From assembly GCA_963577905.1 (NCBI GenBank), contig CAUYZR010000003.1:1-41532 (forward strand): DNA of 41,532 nt. The letters run 5' to 3'. Below, piece after piece: positions 17,122-27,245 of this stretch. The first letter of the stretch is position 1; each line of letters starts with the position of its first letter. Source of the DNA: Candidatus Thalassarchaeaceae archaeon (lineage in GTDB: Archaea; Thermoplasmatota; Poseidoniia; MGIII; CG-Epi1). The translations under genes were made by a program, and so were the position numbers. Below the pieces are notes generated by a model. That model was not told where the DNA came from. It worked only from the letters and a program-made list of their open reading frames with translations, and searched no databases.

Positions 17122-20100
17122 TCAGACTATAATCTTCTTCAACGGTTCTAGATGTTCAGCTTCACCTTCTTTCAATGAATTTATAGCTGCTTTTGCGCCA
17201 GTTAGGGTGGTTATGAACGGTATTCCCAACTCGACAGCTAATCTTCTCATTTGTGCTCCATCAGTTGCAGCTCTTCTTCCAGTGGGTAGATTGATAATCA
17301 GATCAACTTTCTTGTTTCTCATTACTGACAGGATATCTGGCTGTTTTCTATCCGATATTCTCCAGATCACCTTGCTATCAATTCCTTTTCTGCGCAGATG
17401 TGCAGCAGTTCCTTTCGTGGCTATCAGATTGAATCCCAGATCTATCAATTCCTGTGCAACATCCCCGAATTCAAGTTTAAGCTTGTTTGATACTGAAAGA
17501 AACACAGTTCCCGTTGTAGGTATTGTCTTGTTTCCGCCCTTCATTGCTTTGAGGTATGCCGTTCCAAAAGTAGGTCCGTGCCCCATCGCTTCTCCAGTGG
17601 ACTTCATTTCAGGGCCCAGCACCGTGTCTAATCCGGTTATCTTCAACCAGGAAAAGGTGGGTACTTTCACTGAAGCTCCCTTCATTTTAATTAATTCTGG
17701 AAACTGGTTCAATTTTTGGCCCAACATCGCTCGTACTGCTAATCTAGCTAGGGGATAACCGGTTGATTTACTAACGAAGGGAAGGGTCCGGCTAGCCCTT
17801 GGATTTACTTCTAGAAGGAACACATATGAGTCCTTGATTGCCAATTGTAAATTTGCAGCCCCAATAATTTTCATCTTTTTGGCAACTTTTTTGCTAATCT
17901 TGATGACCTCATCTTCTAATTTCTTTGAAATTGATTGTGGAGGCATAACGCACGCACTGTCTCCGGAATGGACGCCCGCCATCTCAATTTGCTCCATTAT
18001 CGCCCCAATCACCACTTTCTTTCCATCGGAAATCAGATCAACGTCCAGTTCAATAGCACCTTCCAAGAATTTATCGACCAGTACTGGCCTTTTGGGAGTA
18101 GCATGACTTTCTAATCGCAGATACTTCTTGAGTTGTTTATCATTGTGTACAATTTCCATCCCTCTCCCACCGAGTACAAAGGAAGGTCTGACTAGGACGG
18201 GAAATCCAATTTCCTCTGCTCTGGTTATGACTTCATCCGAACTTTTGGCTATCGCCCATTTCGGCATCTTTATGCCCGCCTTTCTCATTAGTTCTCCACA
18301 TTTCCCTCTGTCCTCGGCAGCATCCATATCCCTAACTTTTGTGCCGAGGATCCTGGTTTTCAATTTTTCTTTTTGGATATAGGCTTCAACATCTGATGCT
18401 AAATTGACTGCGGTTTGTCCACCTAACTGTAAAATTATCCCATATGGTTTCTCTACGTCCAGTATCTCAAAGATAGATTCAGCATCCAAAGGTTCGAAAT
18501 ATAATCTATCGGATGCGTCAAAATCGGTTGATACTGTTTCTGGGTTGTTATTTACCACAACGGCTTCGTAGCCTGCCTTCCTTACCGCTTGTACTCCATG
18601 AACGGTTGAATAGTCGAATTCTATCCCTTGCCCTATTCTTATGGGTCCTGAACCTAGGATCACAATACTTTTCCCTATCTTGTATTCAGATTTCGGGTCT
18701 GAGTAGGTTGAATAGAAGTAAGGCGTCTTTGCTTCAAATTCACCAGCGCATGTGTCCACCATCAAGAATGAAGAAGTGATATTCATTCTCTTTCTCTGAT
18801 TTCTTATGGTTTCCTCTTTCTTTCCAGTTAAATTGGATATGTGAGAATCACTAAATCCGTTGTGTTTGGCCTTGAGAAGGATATTCTTTGGTAGATTCTT
18901 TTTGACCTTTTCCAATTGGTTCTCAATTTTCACTAATTCTCCAATTCTTTCAATGAAAAAAGGATGGAAGTCAGTTAATTCACAAGTTCTCTGAATTCTT
19001 CGGGGACTAGCATTCCTGCGTTTAAGATAATTCCAGATAACTGTTAGGCGTTGATCATTTGGCACCCGCAGCATATCTTTCAATTTCTCTTTTTTCCACT
19101 TGATTGTCTCCGGATATCCTAGACCTTGGCCAATAGATCTCCATCCTTTCATTAATGCTTCTTCAAATGACCTCCCAATGGCCATAGTCTCTCCAGTTGA
19201 TTTCATCTGCGTTCCAAGAGTTCTATCCGCGAGTTTGAATTTGTCGAATGGCCACCTAGGTATCTTGATGACAACATAATCAATAGCTGGTTCGAAGGCT
19301 GCACTTGTATTTCCTGTTACTCTGTTCGATAATTCATGCAGTTTATGTCCAATCGATAGCATGCTGGCAATACGGGCTATAGGAACCCCCGTTGCCTTGG
19401 ATGCCAAAGCTGAAGAGCGTGAGACTCGGGGATTGACCTCTATCAGGATATAATCCTCTGTTTGGGAATTATATGCAAATTGGACATTACAGCCTCCTAC
19501 AATTCCTAGACTTCTGACTACCTTCAACGCTGAAGTCCTCAATTTCTGATACGCTGTGTCTGGAAGAGTGAGGGCCGGCGCCACAACAATAGATTCCCCA
19601 GTATGTACACCCATCGGGTCGAGGTTTTCCATCGAACAGACGATAATGGCATTGTCATCCTCGTCTCTTAGAACCTCAAACTCAAATTCAAGCCATCCCA
19701 GGATGGATTCTTCTATCAATAACTGTTTGACAGGGGAAAGTGCCAGACCTCTACCAGCTATAATCTCTAATTCATTTTCATTATAAGCGATACCTCCACC
19801 CGTACCACCTAGAGTAAAGGCCGGTCTTACAACGACGGGATAATCCAGTTTCTCTGCCAATTTCAGTGATTGGTTGATTGTCTGGGCAATTCCGCTTTCA
19901 GCGACAGGTTCGCCTATTTGTACCATCTTTTTTTTGAAAAGGTCCCTGTCTTCAGCCATTTCAATGGATTTCAATGACGTTCCCAGAATTTTCATCCCAT
20001 GTTTCTGGAGTACTCCGGCCTTGTGCAAATCTATGGTGAGGTTAAGTCCAGTTTGCCCCCCCATACCAGGAATAATCGCATCAGGTTTTTCTTTTTCAAT

Positions 20101-20319
20101 GATTCTCGTCAAGGATTCCACAGTCATCGGTTCGATGTAGACAATATCTGCAGTTTCCGGGTCGGTCTGGATCGTTGCTGGATTCGAATTGACTAGGACT
20201 ACAGTATGCCCTGCCTCACGTAATGCGGAACAACATTGAGAACCTGAATAATCAAACTCAGCTGCCTGACCAATAATTATAGGTCCAGCCCCAGGGACCA
20301 GAATCTTCATTCTACCCAT
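17122..20319 (-). CDS. carB: Carbamoyl-phosphate synthase large subunit
   Basis: GAGPIIIGQAAEFDYSG, NSNPATIQTD, EVNPRVSRSSALASKATG, GSGPIRIGQGIEFDY, C-terminal MGS-like domain. Confidence 0.98.
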   Translation of the reverse strand: MGRMKILVPGAGPIIIGQAAEFDYSGSQCCSALREAGHTVVLVNSNPATIQTDPETADIVYIEPMTVESLTRIIEKEKPDAIIPGMGGQTGLNLTIDLHKAGVLQKHGMKILGTSLKSIEMAEDRDLFKKKMVQIGEPVAESGIAQTINQSLKLAEKLDYPVVVRPAFTLGGTGGGIAYNENELEIIAGRGLALSPVKQLLIEESILGWLEFEFEVLRDEDDNAIIVCSMENLDPMGVHTGESIVVAPALTLPDTAYQKLRTSALKVVRSLGIVGGCNVQFAYNSQTEDYILIEVNPRVSRSSALASKATGVPIARIASMLSIGHKLHELSNRVTGNTSAAFEPAIDYVVIKIPRWPFDKFKLADRTLGTQMKSTGETMAIGRSFEEALMKGWRSIGQGLGYPETIKWKKEKLKDMLRVPNDQRLTVIWNYLKRRNASPRRIQRTCELTDFHPFFIERIGELVKIENQLEKVKKNLPKNILLKAKHNGFSDSHISNLTGKKEETIRNQRKRMNITSSFLMVDTCAGEFEAKTPYFYSTYSDPKSEYKIGKSIVILGSGPIRIGQGIEFDYSTVHGVQAVRKAGYEAVVVNNNPETVSTDFDASDRLYFEPLDAESIFEILDVEKPYGIILQLGGQTAVNLASDVEAYIQKEKLKTRILGTKVRDMDAAEDRGKCGELMRKAGIKMPKWAIAKSSDEVITRAEEIGFPVLVRPSFVLGGRGMEIVHNDKQLKKYLRLESHATPKRPVLVDKFLEGAIELDVDLISDGKKVVIGAIMEQIEMAGVHSGDSACVMPPQSISKKLEDEVIKISKKVAKKMKIIGAANLQLAIKDSYVFLLEVNPRASRTLPFVSKSTGYPLARLAVRAMLGQKLNQFPELIKMKGASVKVPTFSWLKITGLDTVLGPEMKSTGEAMGHGPTFGTAYLKAMKGGNKTIPTTGTVFLSVSNKLKLEFGDVAQELIDLGFNLIATKGTAAHLRRKGIDSKVIWRISDRKQPDILSVMRNKKVDLIINLPTGRRAATDGAQMRRLAVELGIPFITTLTGAKAAINSLKEGEAEHLEPLKKIIV

Positions 20320-21367
20320 TTATAGTCTCCAATACCCTCTTGAAAAGAATATTCGCATCCATTGGGCCTGGTGCCGCTTCTGGATGGAACTGAACAGACC
20401 AGCAATTCCGGGACTCTATTCCTTCACAGGTCCCATCATTCAGGTTGACAAAGGTCTCTTTGACCTTATTTGGTAATTTATGGAGCGCAAACCCGTGATT
20501 TTGTGAGGTTATGTAAATATTATCAGTTTTCAGTTCTTTTACAGGTTGATTTCCTCCTCTATGTCCATATTTCAGTTTGTATGTTTCACCGCCCAACGCC
20601 AGTCCCAGTATCTGATGGCCCAAACATATTCCAACTACTGGTATCTCCTTCAGGATGTTCTTTACTGTATCTACTACCGGTTTCATATCTTCGTGGTCCG
20701 GATCTCCCGGGCCGTTACTCATGAACACCAGGTCTGGTTCTGTAGCTCTTACTTTCTCGATACTATAATTCCAGGGAACAACTGTCACCTGGCTCATTTT
20801 TGCCAGATTCTTGACTATTGATTGTTTTACTCCCCAATCAAACAGCGTGATTCTTGGTCCTTCTGTTCCTCTCTTGTATTTTCGTTTAGTAGAAACTATT
20901 GACACCAGGTTCGAATCAGAGGGCCATTTCATTTGTTTCGCCCTCTGTACTCCCTGTTTAGGTGTTATCTTTCCATCTGTGCAGATAACTGCTCTCAGAG
21001 TTCCGGCCTCCCTGGTAATAATCGTTAATTGTCTAGTATCTAGTCCTTCTAATCCTGGTATTTTCTCTTCCTTAAGCCATTCATCCAGGTTCATTTTTCC
21101 TTGGTGAGGACTTCGGCACCATTCCTTTACCAGACAGGCATTGACTTGTATCTTTGAGGATTCATAATATTTAGGAGCACAGCCATAATTCCCTATCTGT
21201 GGAAAGGTAAACATTAGCATTTGACCAGCATAACTGGGATCCGTAAGAGCTTCCTGATAGCCCGTCATTGAGGTGTTGAAAACGAGCTCTCCTTCCACTG
21301 TTTCTGGATAACCAAATGAGTCTCCAAAAAAAACAGAACCGTTCTCTAGAGCAATCCATCCCTGCAT
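20312..21367 (-). CDS. carA: Carbamoyl-phosphate synthase small subunit
   Basis: GELVFNTSMTGYQEALTDPSY, SNGPGDP, GICLGHQ, TSQNHGF, VQFHPEAAPGP. Confidence 0.98.
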   Translation of the reverse strand: MQGWIALENGSVFFGDSFGYPETVEGELVFNTSMTGYQEALTDPSYAGQMLMFTFPQIGNYGCAPKYYESSKIQVNACLVKEWCRSPHQGKMNLDEWLKEEKIPGLEGLDTRQLTIITREAGTLRAVICTDGKITPKQGVQRAKQMKWPSDSNLVSIVSTKRKYKRGTEGPRITLFDWGVKQSIVKNLAKMSQVTVVPWNYSIEKVRATEPDLVFMSNGPGDPDHEDMKPVVDTVKNILKEIPVVGICLGHQILGLALGGETYKLKYGHRGGNQPVKELKTDNIYITSQNHGFALHKLPNKVKETFVNLNDGTCEGIESRNCWSVQFHPEAAPGPMDANILFKRVLETING

Positions 21368-21407
21368 CTAGGAAATCCCAGTCCGATGGGGGATTAAAAT
21401 AAGATGG

Positions 21408-22154
21408 TTAGAGGTTATCGAGGAAGTCCTTTTCAGTGAAGTGTAATTTAGAGGGAATCACTAGGCTGTGTGGTTCTTTTCCTAGGTCTAATTTGGCCAG
21501 AACCTTTAATTTTCCGTACCATAATCTTTGGTCTTCTCTTCCTACTCTGGCGGCCGCTGCAACTTTTATTTCTCCAGATAGTCCGGTCTCGATGATCTGT
21601 TCTGCAGCCTGAGCAGCAGTCATGTAAATTGGTTCAGTTTCTGGCTGGTCGGCCTTGATATCCAATAATACCAAGGTATGATTCCCATTCTTCATATTGG
21701 TTTTGATCTTGTCGATAGGGCTGGTCGGTTTGTAGTTCCTCTCTGGAAGGACCAATGTTGCTACAGGGCCAAAGTTGTAATGTTGGAGTCCCAGAACACC
21801 CGCGACGGCGGTCAGGACAGATGCATTGTGTATTACATGATATTCAACCTTATTCTTCTTGCATTCTAACAATAAACTGACATGGGTTGTTGCAGATAGT
21901 GGATCTCCTACAACCAGTAATAAGATGTTCTTTTCTTTGGCTAATTCGATAATTTCTTTTGGTTCTTCAACTTGTCCTCTGGATAGATGTATGGGTTCCT
22001 TTTGTGACTTTAATTTTACCCAGTCCAGTGTTTCGGGATGAATTGGAGATGTATAGGTCTCATAGAATATGTGATCAGATAAACTAAGGGCTATCACTCC
22101 ATCCATATTTATGGAATTCGGTCCTCCTAGTCCTAGACCAATTATTGTCAGCAT
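21408..22154 (-). CDS. dph5: Diphthine synthase
   Basis: IIGLGL, YETYTS, VVGDPLSATTH, HNASV, GLQHYNFG, HTLVLLDI, PHSLVIP..LHFTE. Confidence 0.95.
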   Translation of the reverse strand: MLTIIGLGLGGPNSINMDGVIALSLSDHIFYETYTSPIHPETLDWVKLKSQKEPIHLSRGQVEEPKEIIELAKEKNILLLVVGDPLSATTHVSLLLECKKNKVEYHVIHNASVLTAVAGVLGLQHYNFGPVATLVLPERNYKPTSPIDKIKTNMKNGNHTLVLLDIKADQPETEPIYMTAAQAAEQIIETGLSGEIKVAAAARVGREDQRLWYGKLKVLAKLDLGKEPHSLVIPSKLHFTEKDFLDNL

Positions 22155-22188
22155 GAAGTCTTATTTGAGCCTCTCTTAATTAGTTACT

Positions 22189-22605
22189 ATGGCTATATCA
22201 CAAGGTTCATTGGAGATACGTACAAATCCTAAATCTTTCTTGGATATTACCAGTCAGGTTCAGGATTTTGTAATTGAGTCTAAAATACTGAATGGTGTTT
22301 GTCATTTATTTATTAAGCATACAAGTGCAAGTTTAGTCATTCAAGAAAATTATGATCCTTCTGTTAGACAAGATTTTGAAACTATTTTTTCTAATTTAGC
22401 TCCTGAAGATTTTCCATACGCTCATAATATGGAGGGTAAGGATGACATGCCGGCTCATATCCGTTCAGCTCTAACTAGCACTTCTGAGGCTGTTCCGGTT
22501 ATGAATGGCAAACTTTCATTGGGAACTTGGCAGGGAATATATTTGTGGGAGCACAGAGACCAGATGCATAGCCGGAAGGTAATGGTTAGTATTGTAGGTG
22601 AGTAA
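22189..22605 (+). CDS. YjbQ/UPF0047 family protein
   Basis: DITSQV, HTSASLVIQEN.DPSV, DDMPAHIRS, LGTWQGIYLWEHR. Confidence 0.92.
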   Translation: MAISQGSLEIRTNPKSFLDITSQVQDFVIESKILNGVCHLFIKHTSASLVIQENYDPSVRQDFETIFSNLAPEDFPYAHNMEGKDDMPAHIRSALTSTSEAVPVMNGKLSLGTWQGIYLWEHRDQMHSRKVMVSIVGE

Positions 22606-23189
22606 TGGAATTTAATCAATACAAAGCAAAGGCTATGAAAAAATTAGAAGATGCTAAATCAGAAGGTTTAGTTGATAAGGGTGTAATAGGAGTTCTCGAT
22701 TCTTTCAATTCACACCCCGATATTTTTACTACATCTAGTTGTGCAGGTAGATTGCAACTCATTGTTTTACCAGACGTAGGGAGAAAAGATTCTGTTGAGT
22801 TAAGAAAAACTTGGCATAGACCAGTTAAGTTTGAAGAAGTCAAAGAAGTACTTGACAATTTAGATATTCCTCTAAACTCTATTGTTATTCTACAAGGGCA
22901 GTCCCCCATCTTCCATGTAGCTTGTAGGACAATGGAGTTAGCCCAGAAGTTCAGGGGAATAGTCCACAGTAAAGGCTGGAAATATTCTTCATTGATAACT
23001 GGTAATGAGGACAAATGGGTGGTTGAGATCCTTTCAGCGAATAGGATTGATAATCTGTTATTCCGTGATGGTGTCATTGAACCTCCAGATGATGAACGTC
23101 TAAAATTTATCATTGAGGAATCAAATAAGATTTTGATTAAAGCCCAATCACGACTAGAAGCTTTGGAGTATATTCCTTCAGGCTTATAA
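22605..23189 (+). CDS. taw3: tRNA wyosine-derivative methyltransferase Taw3/TYW3
   Basis: GLVDKGV, FTTSSCAGR, TWHRPV, PIFHVACR, GWKYSS, VVEILS. Confidence 0.9.
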   Translation: MEFNQYKAKAMKKLEDAKSEGLVDKGVIGVLDSFNSHPDIFTTSSCAGRLQLIVLPDVGRKDSVELRKTWHRPVKFEEVKEVLDNLDIPLNSIVILQGQSPIFHVACRTMELAQKFRGIVHSKGWKYSSLITGNEDKWVVEILSANRIDNLLFRDGVIEPPDDERLKFIIEESNKILIKAQSRLEALEYIPSGL

Positions 23190-23211
23190 TTAAATACAAT
23201 TCATTCAGTGG

Positions 23212-24243
23212 TTGATTGTGAAGGCGCTCTATTTTGAAGAACATGGAGAAAGAGAGGTATTACAATACGGAGATTTACCGGATATCCAAAACAAAGATAA
23301 TCATGTGTTGATCAAAGTAGAAGCTTGTGCTTTGAATCATTTGGATATATGGATCCGAAAGGGTTGGCCTAGCCTTAATTTGCAAATGCCCCATATTGGA
23401 GGTAGTGATGTTTCTGGAACTGTTGTAGTAGGTAATGGGAAATGGAAAGAAGGAGATAAGATTGTAGTAGATCCAGGTATTTCTACAAAGGAAGATTCGT
23501 GGACTGAAAAAGGCCTGGATAGTATGAGTCCTGGTTATCGTATTCTGGGCGAGCATATCTGTGGAGGATGTGCTGAATATGTTTGTGTACCTGTAGAGAA
23601 CGTTCACACGCGTCCAGAGGGCATGTCGGCTAGTCAGGCAGCCGCACCTCTTCTTGCAGGTTTAACGGCCTATAGAATGCTTGTAAATCGGGCTAATATA
23701 CAGAAAGGAGATAATGTATTGGTAATGGGCTCTGGCGGTGGCGTTAATTCATTATCTATTCAGATTGCCAGACACTTTGGGGCTGATGTTCATGTTGTTG
23801 CTGGTGGAGCTGAAAAGAAAGTTAAAGCAGAAGGCCTCGGTGCTTCTTTTGTTGTAGATTACAAGGCTAATCCCGATTGGCACAAGGAATTGCTTCCAGT
23901 TATTGGCAGAAAAGGCTATGATATTGTAGTTGATAATGTGGGTAAACCAACTTGGTCCCATTCTATCAAATTAGCGGGTATTGGTGGTCGTATTGTCACA
24001 GTAGGTAATACAAAAGGTCCAATCGCCGAAACAGATATTCGCTATATCTTCTCGAAACAATTGTCTATTCTGGGATCAACGATGGGTTCTCATTCAGATT
24101 TTGCTGAATTGCTGAAATTATTAGGTTCTGGTTCTATTAAGCCAGTTATAGACTCTGAGATTCCTCTTTCAAATGGAGCCAAAGGTCATCAAATATTAGA
24201 AGAAGGAACTATGTTTGGTAAAGTTGTGATTGTACCTGACTAG
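23212..24243 (+). CDS. Medium-chain dehydrogenase/reductase (ADH/quinone-reductase-like)
   Basis: ACALNHLDIW, PHIGGSDVSG, ILGEHICGGCAEY, VMGSGGGV, ILGSTMG, FGKVVI. Confidence 0.9.
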   Translation: MIVKALYFEEHGEREVLQYGDLPDIQNKDNHVLIKVEACALNHLDIWIRKGWPSLNLQMPHIGGSDVSGTVVVGNGKWKEGDKIVVDPGISTKEDSWTEKGLDSMSPGYRILGEHICGGCAEYVCVPVENVHTRPEGMSASQAAAPLLAGLTAYRMLVNRANIQKGDNVLVMGSGGGVNSLSIQIARHFGADVHVVAGGAEKKVKAEGLGASFVVDYKANPDWHKELLPVIGRKGYDIVVDNVGKPTWSHSIKLAGIGGRIVTVGNTKGPIAETDIRYIFSKQLSILGSTMGSHSDFAELLKLLGSGSIKPVIDSEIPLSNGAKGHQILEEGTMFGKVVIVPD

Positions 24244-24599
24244 GTGAATTGTTCAATTTTTTCAATTAATGAGGGTAAGCGTACTGGTTTAGTTTCATAT
24301 TCATCGCAACCACCATCTAGTGCTTCTTGTCTATGTTCAGCCATTGCATGTGCTGTTAATGCAATAATAGGAATATTTCCTGTTGTTGAATCTTCCTTTA
24401 TTTCTTTAGTGGCTTGTAGCCCATCTTTTACAGGAAGGCCCATGTCCATCAGAATTACGTCCGGCATTTCACTTTTAGCCATATCAATAGCTTCTTGGCC
24501 ATCCATTGCAAAAATAATATCATACCCTTTCTTCATCAATCTTCTACTCAGCATATCCTTATTCATTTCGTTATCTTCAACAAGTAAAATTTTGGTCAT
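24240..24599 (-). CDS. Single-domain response regulator (DivK-like receiver)
   Basis: ILLVEDN, PDVILMDMGLP (phospho-Asp), IPIIALTAHAM, GCDEYETKPV; start overlaps the kinase stop. Confidence 0.95.
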   Translation of the reverse strand: MTKILLVEDNEMNKDMLSRRLMKKGYDIIFAMDGQEAIDMAKSEMPDVILMDMGLPVKDGLQATKEIKEDSTTGNIPIIALTAHAMAEHRQEALDGGCDEYETKPVRLPSLIEKIEQFT

Positions 24600-26866
24600 T
24601 AGTTTTCCTCTTGTACTACTATGGGAATTGTTATTGAAAAAGTTGTTCCCTTTCCCTCTTTACTTTCAACTTCCATTCTTCCTCCCATTATTTCTGTCAT
24701 TTTCTTACTTATTGGAAGACCAAGGCCAGTCCCTCCATAATTCTTTGAAGTGGAAGATTCTGCCTGTGTGAATTCTTCGAATACATTACCTATTTGCTCA
24801 TCATTCATCCCAATTCCTGTGTCTGTGACATCAAATCTAATTTGATTCTTATTTTCAGACTTTATCTTTAGAGTAATTTTACCTTTGTTTGTAAATTTAG
24901 CGGCATTACTAAGCATATTGAATAATATTTGTCTAATTTTGGTCTGGTCATTTTTTAGTTTCATATTTTTAGTTTCATTGTTTATTATAAATTTATTTTT
25001 ATTTTTCTCAACTAATGGTTTGGCCGTTGCCTCTATTTGCTTCAATAAAGTATTTAGTTCAATATCTTCAATATATAAATCCATTTTTCCAGCTTCTATC
25101 TTTGAGAGGTCCAATATGTCGTTTATAAGTGTCAGAAGATGTTCACCCGAAGAATGGATTTTAGTTAAATCGTCAGAATACGTATCGAGTCCATCATCCT
25201 CAGCTTCTTCCATTAGCATTTCACTATAGCCAATTATGGCATTCAATGGTGTTCTTAGTTCATGGCTCATTTTTGCTAAGAAGTCAGATTTGGCCTGATT
25301 TGCAGTTTGGGCATTCTGCATTGCAACCTGTAAATCATCTTTTTGTTTTCTCATTATCTTATCTGATTCTTCTAGGCTGCCCATGAGAATATTATAGTGA
25401 TATCCTATCTGGCCAGCTTCAGTGAAAAGGTCTTCAGGGCCTCTAACAGAAAGGTCTCCCGTATCATTCTGGTATTGCATTATCTTTAGCAAATCTATTT
25501 GATCACTACTAGAATCGTGTTCAGCAATATTGAGTCCTATGTCTTCAGCCTCTTGACTAACTCTTAGGGGGCTGTAATTATTTATTACATTCAATAGGAT
25601 ATAACTTACGAAAAAAGTATAGAGTCCTACGGAAATAATTCCAATAAGTTGCGCAATGAACTGATTCACTCGTACATTTCCGGTGTACTCTGTCAGATTT
25701 TGATTTCCAATTAAATATTCTTCAGCGGCAAAGAATGGTAAAACTAATGTTCCAAAAATTCCTCCAGCAAGATGAACAGGTATAGCTCCAACGGGATCAT
25801 CTAATTCTAATCTTTCAAGTAAACGCGTTGCATATAATGCCACTAAACCTCCTCCTGCACCTATTATTACGGCACTCAAAGGGGTTACCCAGTTCGCACT
25901 AGCTGTTACAGCTACTAGGCCCGCTAGCAGTCCGTTAAGCAAGTCCCCCGCTGGAGCAGTAGTATTCTGAACACCCCAGAAAATAAGACAAACTACAATT
26001 CCTGCAGCTGCTGCCAAGAAGGTATTTAATAAAATTCCAGGCACAGCTTCATCAAGAACTAGATTGCTTCCTCCATTAAACCCATGCCATCCAAATCCTA
26101 ATAGAAGTACACCCAGAACCGATAAGGGAAGGTTGCTGGGTGCAAATTTCCTTGTCTTACCTTCAACAAATCTTCCAGTCCTAGGTCCTATTATCAAGAT
26201 TATTGCAAGTCCAATCCAGCCTCCTGTTGAGTGGACTATGGTAGATCCGGCAAAGTCAACGAATCCAGCGTCATATAACCAGCCTGTAGACCCATCCCCT
26301 CCAAACAGGTCATCACTATTGGCCCATGCCCAGTGGCCAACTACAGGATATAGAATAGTACCTACTATTGCAGTTATGACTAGATAACTGTTAAATTTCA
26401 GTCTCTCCGCTACAGCTCCCGAAATTATTGAGGCGGCAGTTGCACAAAACATAGATTGAAATATAAAAAAAGTCATTGCTTGACCTGATGTTGCAGTTCC
26501 ACTAGGATCAAAGAAGAAGTCATTGGAACCCATGAAACCAGATTTACTAATTCCAAACATAAATCCATATCCAATGGTCCAAAAACAGACTATAGAAATA
26601 CCAAAATCAGAAACATTTTTCAGTGCAACATTAATATTGTTTTTATTCCTGATTATTCCAGATTCAAGACACATAAATCCAGCTTGCATCATAAAGACTA
26701 GAATAGCACAAATAAGCATCCAGAGAAGGTCTATGTTCGAAGCATTATTATCTATTGTCTCATCAGCAGCCCTGACTGTGTTCAAAGTAGTTATCAGTAT
26801 AATAAAAGCCAATGAGAAAATTATTAATCTTTTAAAGGTCTGAACGAAATTTAGCATTGTATTCAT
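24599..26866 (-). CDS. Ammonium transporter (Amt) - HAMP-like linker - histidine kinase fusion
   Basis: Amt: LVFMMQAGF..LESG, FQSMF, SGAVAER, DFAGSTIVHSTGG, GWHGFNGGS, NGLLAGLVAVTA, DDPVGAIPVH. Kinase: FLAKMSHELRTPLNAIIG, LSNAAKFT, DTGIGM, GGTGLGL. Confidence 0.96.
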   Translation of the reverse strand: MNTMLNFVQTFKRLIIFSLAFIILITTLNTVRAADETIDNNASNIDLLWMLICAILVFMMQAGFMCLESGIIRNKNNINVALKNVSDFGISIVCFWTIGYGFMFGISKSGFMGSNDFFFDPSGTATSGQAMTFFIFQSMFCATAASIISGAVAERLKFNSYLVITAIVGTILYPVVGHWAWANSDDLFGGDGSTGWLYDAGFVDFAGSTIVHSTGGWIGLAIILIIGPRTGRFVEGKTRKFAPSNLPLSVLGVLLLGFGWHGFNGGSNLVLDEAVPGILLNTFLAAAAGIVVCLIFWGVQNTTAPAGDLLNGLLAGLVAVTASANWVTPLSAVIIGAGGGLVALYATRLLERLELDDPVGAIPVHLAGGIFGTLVLPFFAAEEYLIGNQNLTEYTGNVRVNQFIAQLIGIISVGLYTFFVSYILLNVINNYSPLRVSQEAEDIGLNIAEHDSSSDQIDLLKIMQYQNDTGDLSVRGPEDLFTEAGQIGYHYNILMGSLEESDKIMRKQKDDLQVAMQNAQTANQAKSDFLAKMSHELRTPLNAIIGYSEMLMEEAEDDGLDTYSDDLTKIHSSGEHLLTLINDILDLSKIEAGKMDLYIEDIELNTLLKQIEATAKPLVEKNKNKFIINNETKNMKLKNDQTKIRQILFNMLSNAAKFTNKGKITLKIKSENKNQIRFDVTDTGIGMNDEQIGNVFEEFTQAESSTSKNYGGTGLGLPISKKMTEIMGGRMEVESKEGKGTTFSITIPIVVQEEN

Positions 26867-26925
26867 CCTTATTCGATTCTGTATTTAAAAATATAACCTA
26901 AAATACTCCAACTAATTATGAAAGC

Positions 26926-27210
26926 ATGGATGATTTCGATGATGATGAGTGGGCCGAAATGCAGGAAATGTATATTAATTTTACATTTAAGGAATTAAAG
27001 AATCTAAAGAAGGATTTGAGGATTGAGAATATGGAAGCTTTACAAACATTTGGTCATAATACCAAAGGAAGTGGAGGAATGTACGGTTTTGATGAAATTA
27101 CTCGATTAGGTGCCGAAATCGAATCATTGGCCAAAGAATCAGAGTTAGATGGTATTGTAAAATTATTTCAAAACTTGGAAACGTTTCTAAATTCTAAGAT
27201 TGAACTGTAA
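26926..27210 (+). CDS. Stand-alone histidine phosphotransfer (HPt) protein
   Basis: 94 aa helical protein with GHNTKGSGGMYGFDEITRLGAEIE (HxxKGS motif). Confidence 0.88.
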   Translation: MDDFDDDEWAEMQEMYINFTFKELKNLKKDLRIENMEALQTFGHNTKGSGGMYGFDEITRLGAEIESLAKESELDGIVKLFQNLETFLNSKIEL

Positions 27211-27245
27211 GCTCAAGTTCTAATATAACTGTTTAATCGGCAATC

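Noticed and set aside
26867-26925. NrpR operator upstream of the Amt-kinase
   Set aside because: No GGAA-N6-TTCC palindrome is visible in the spacer.
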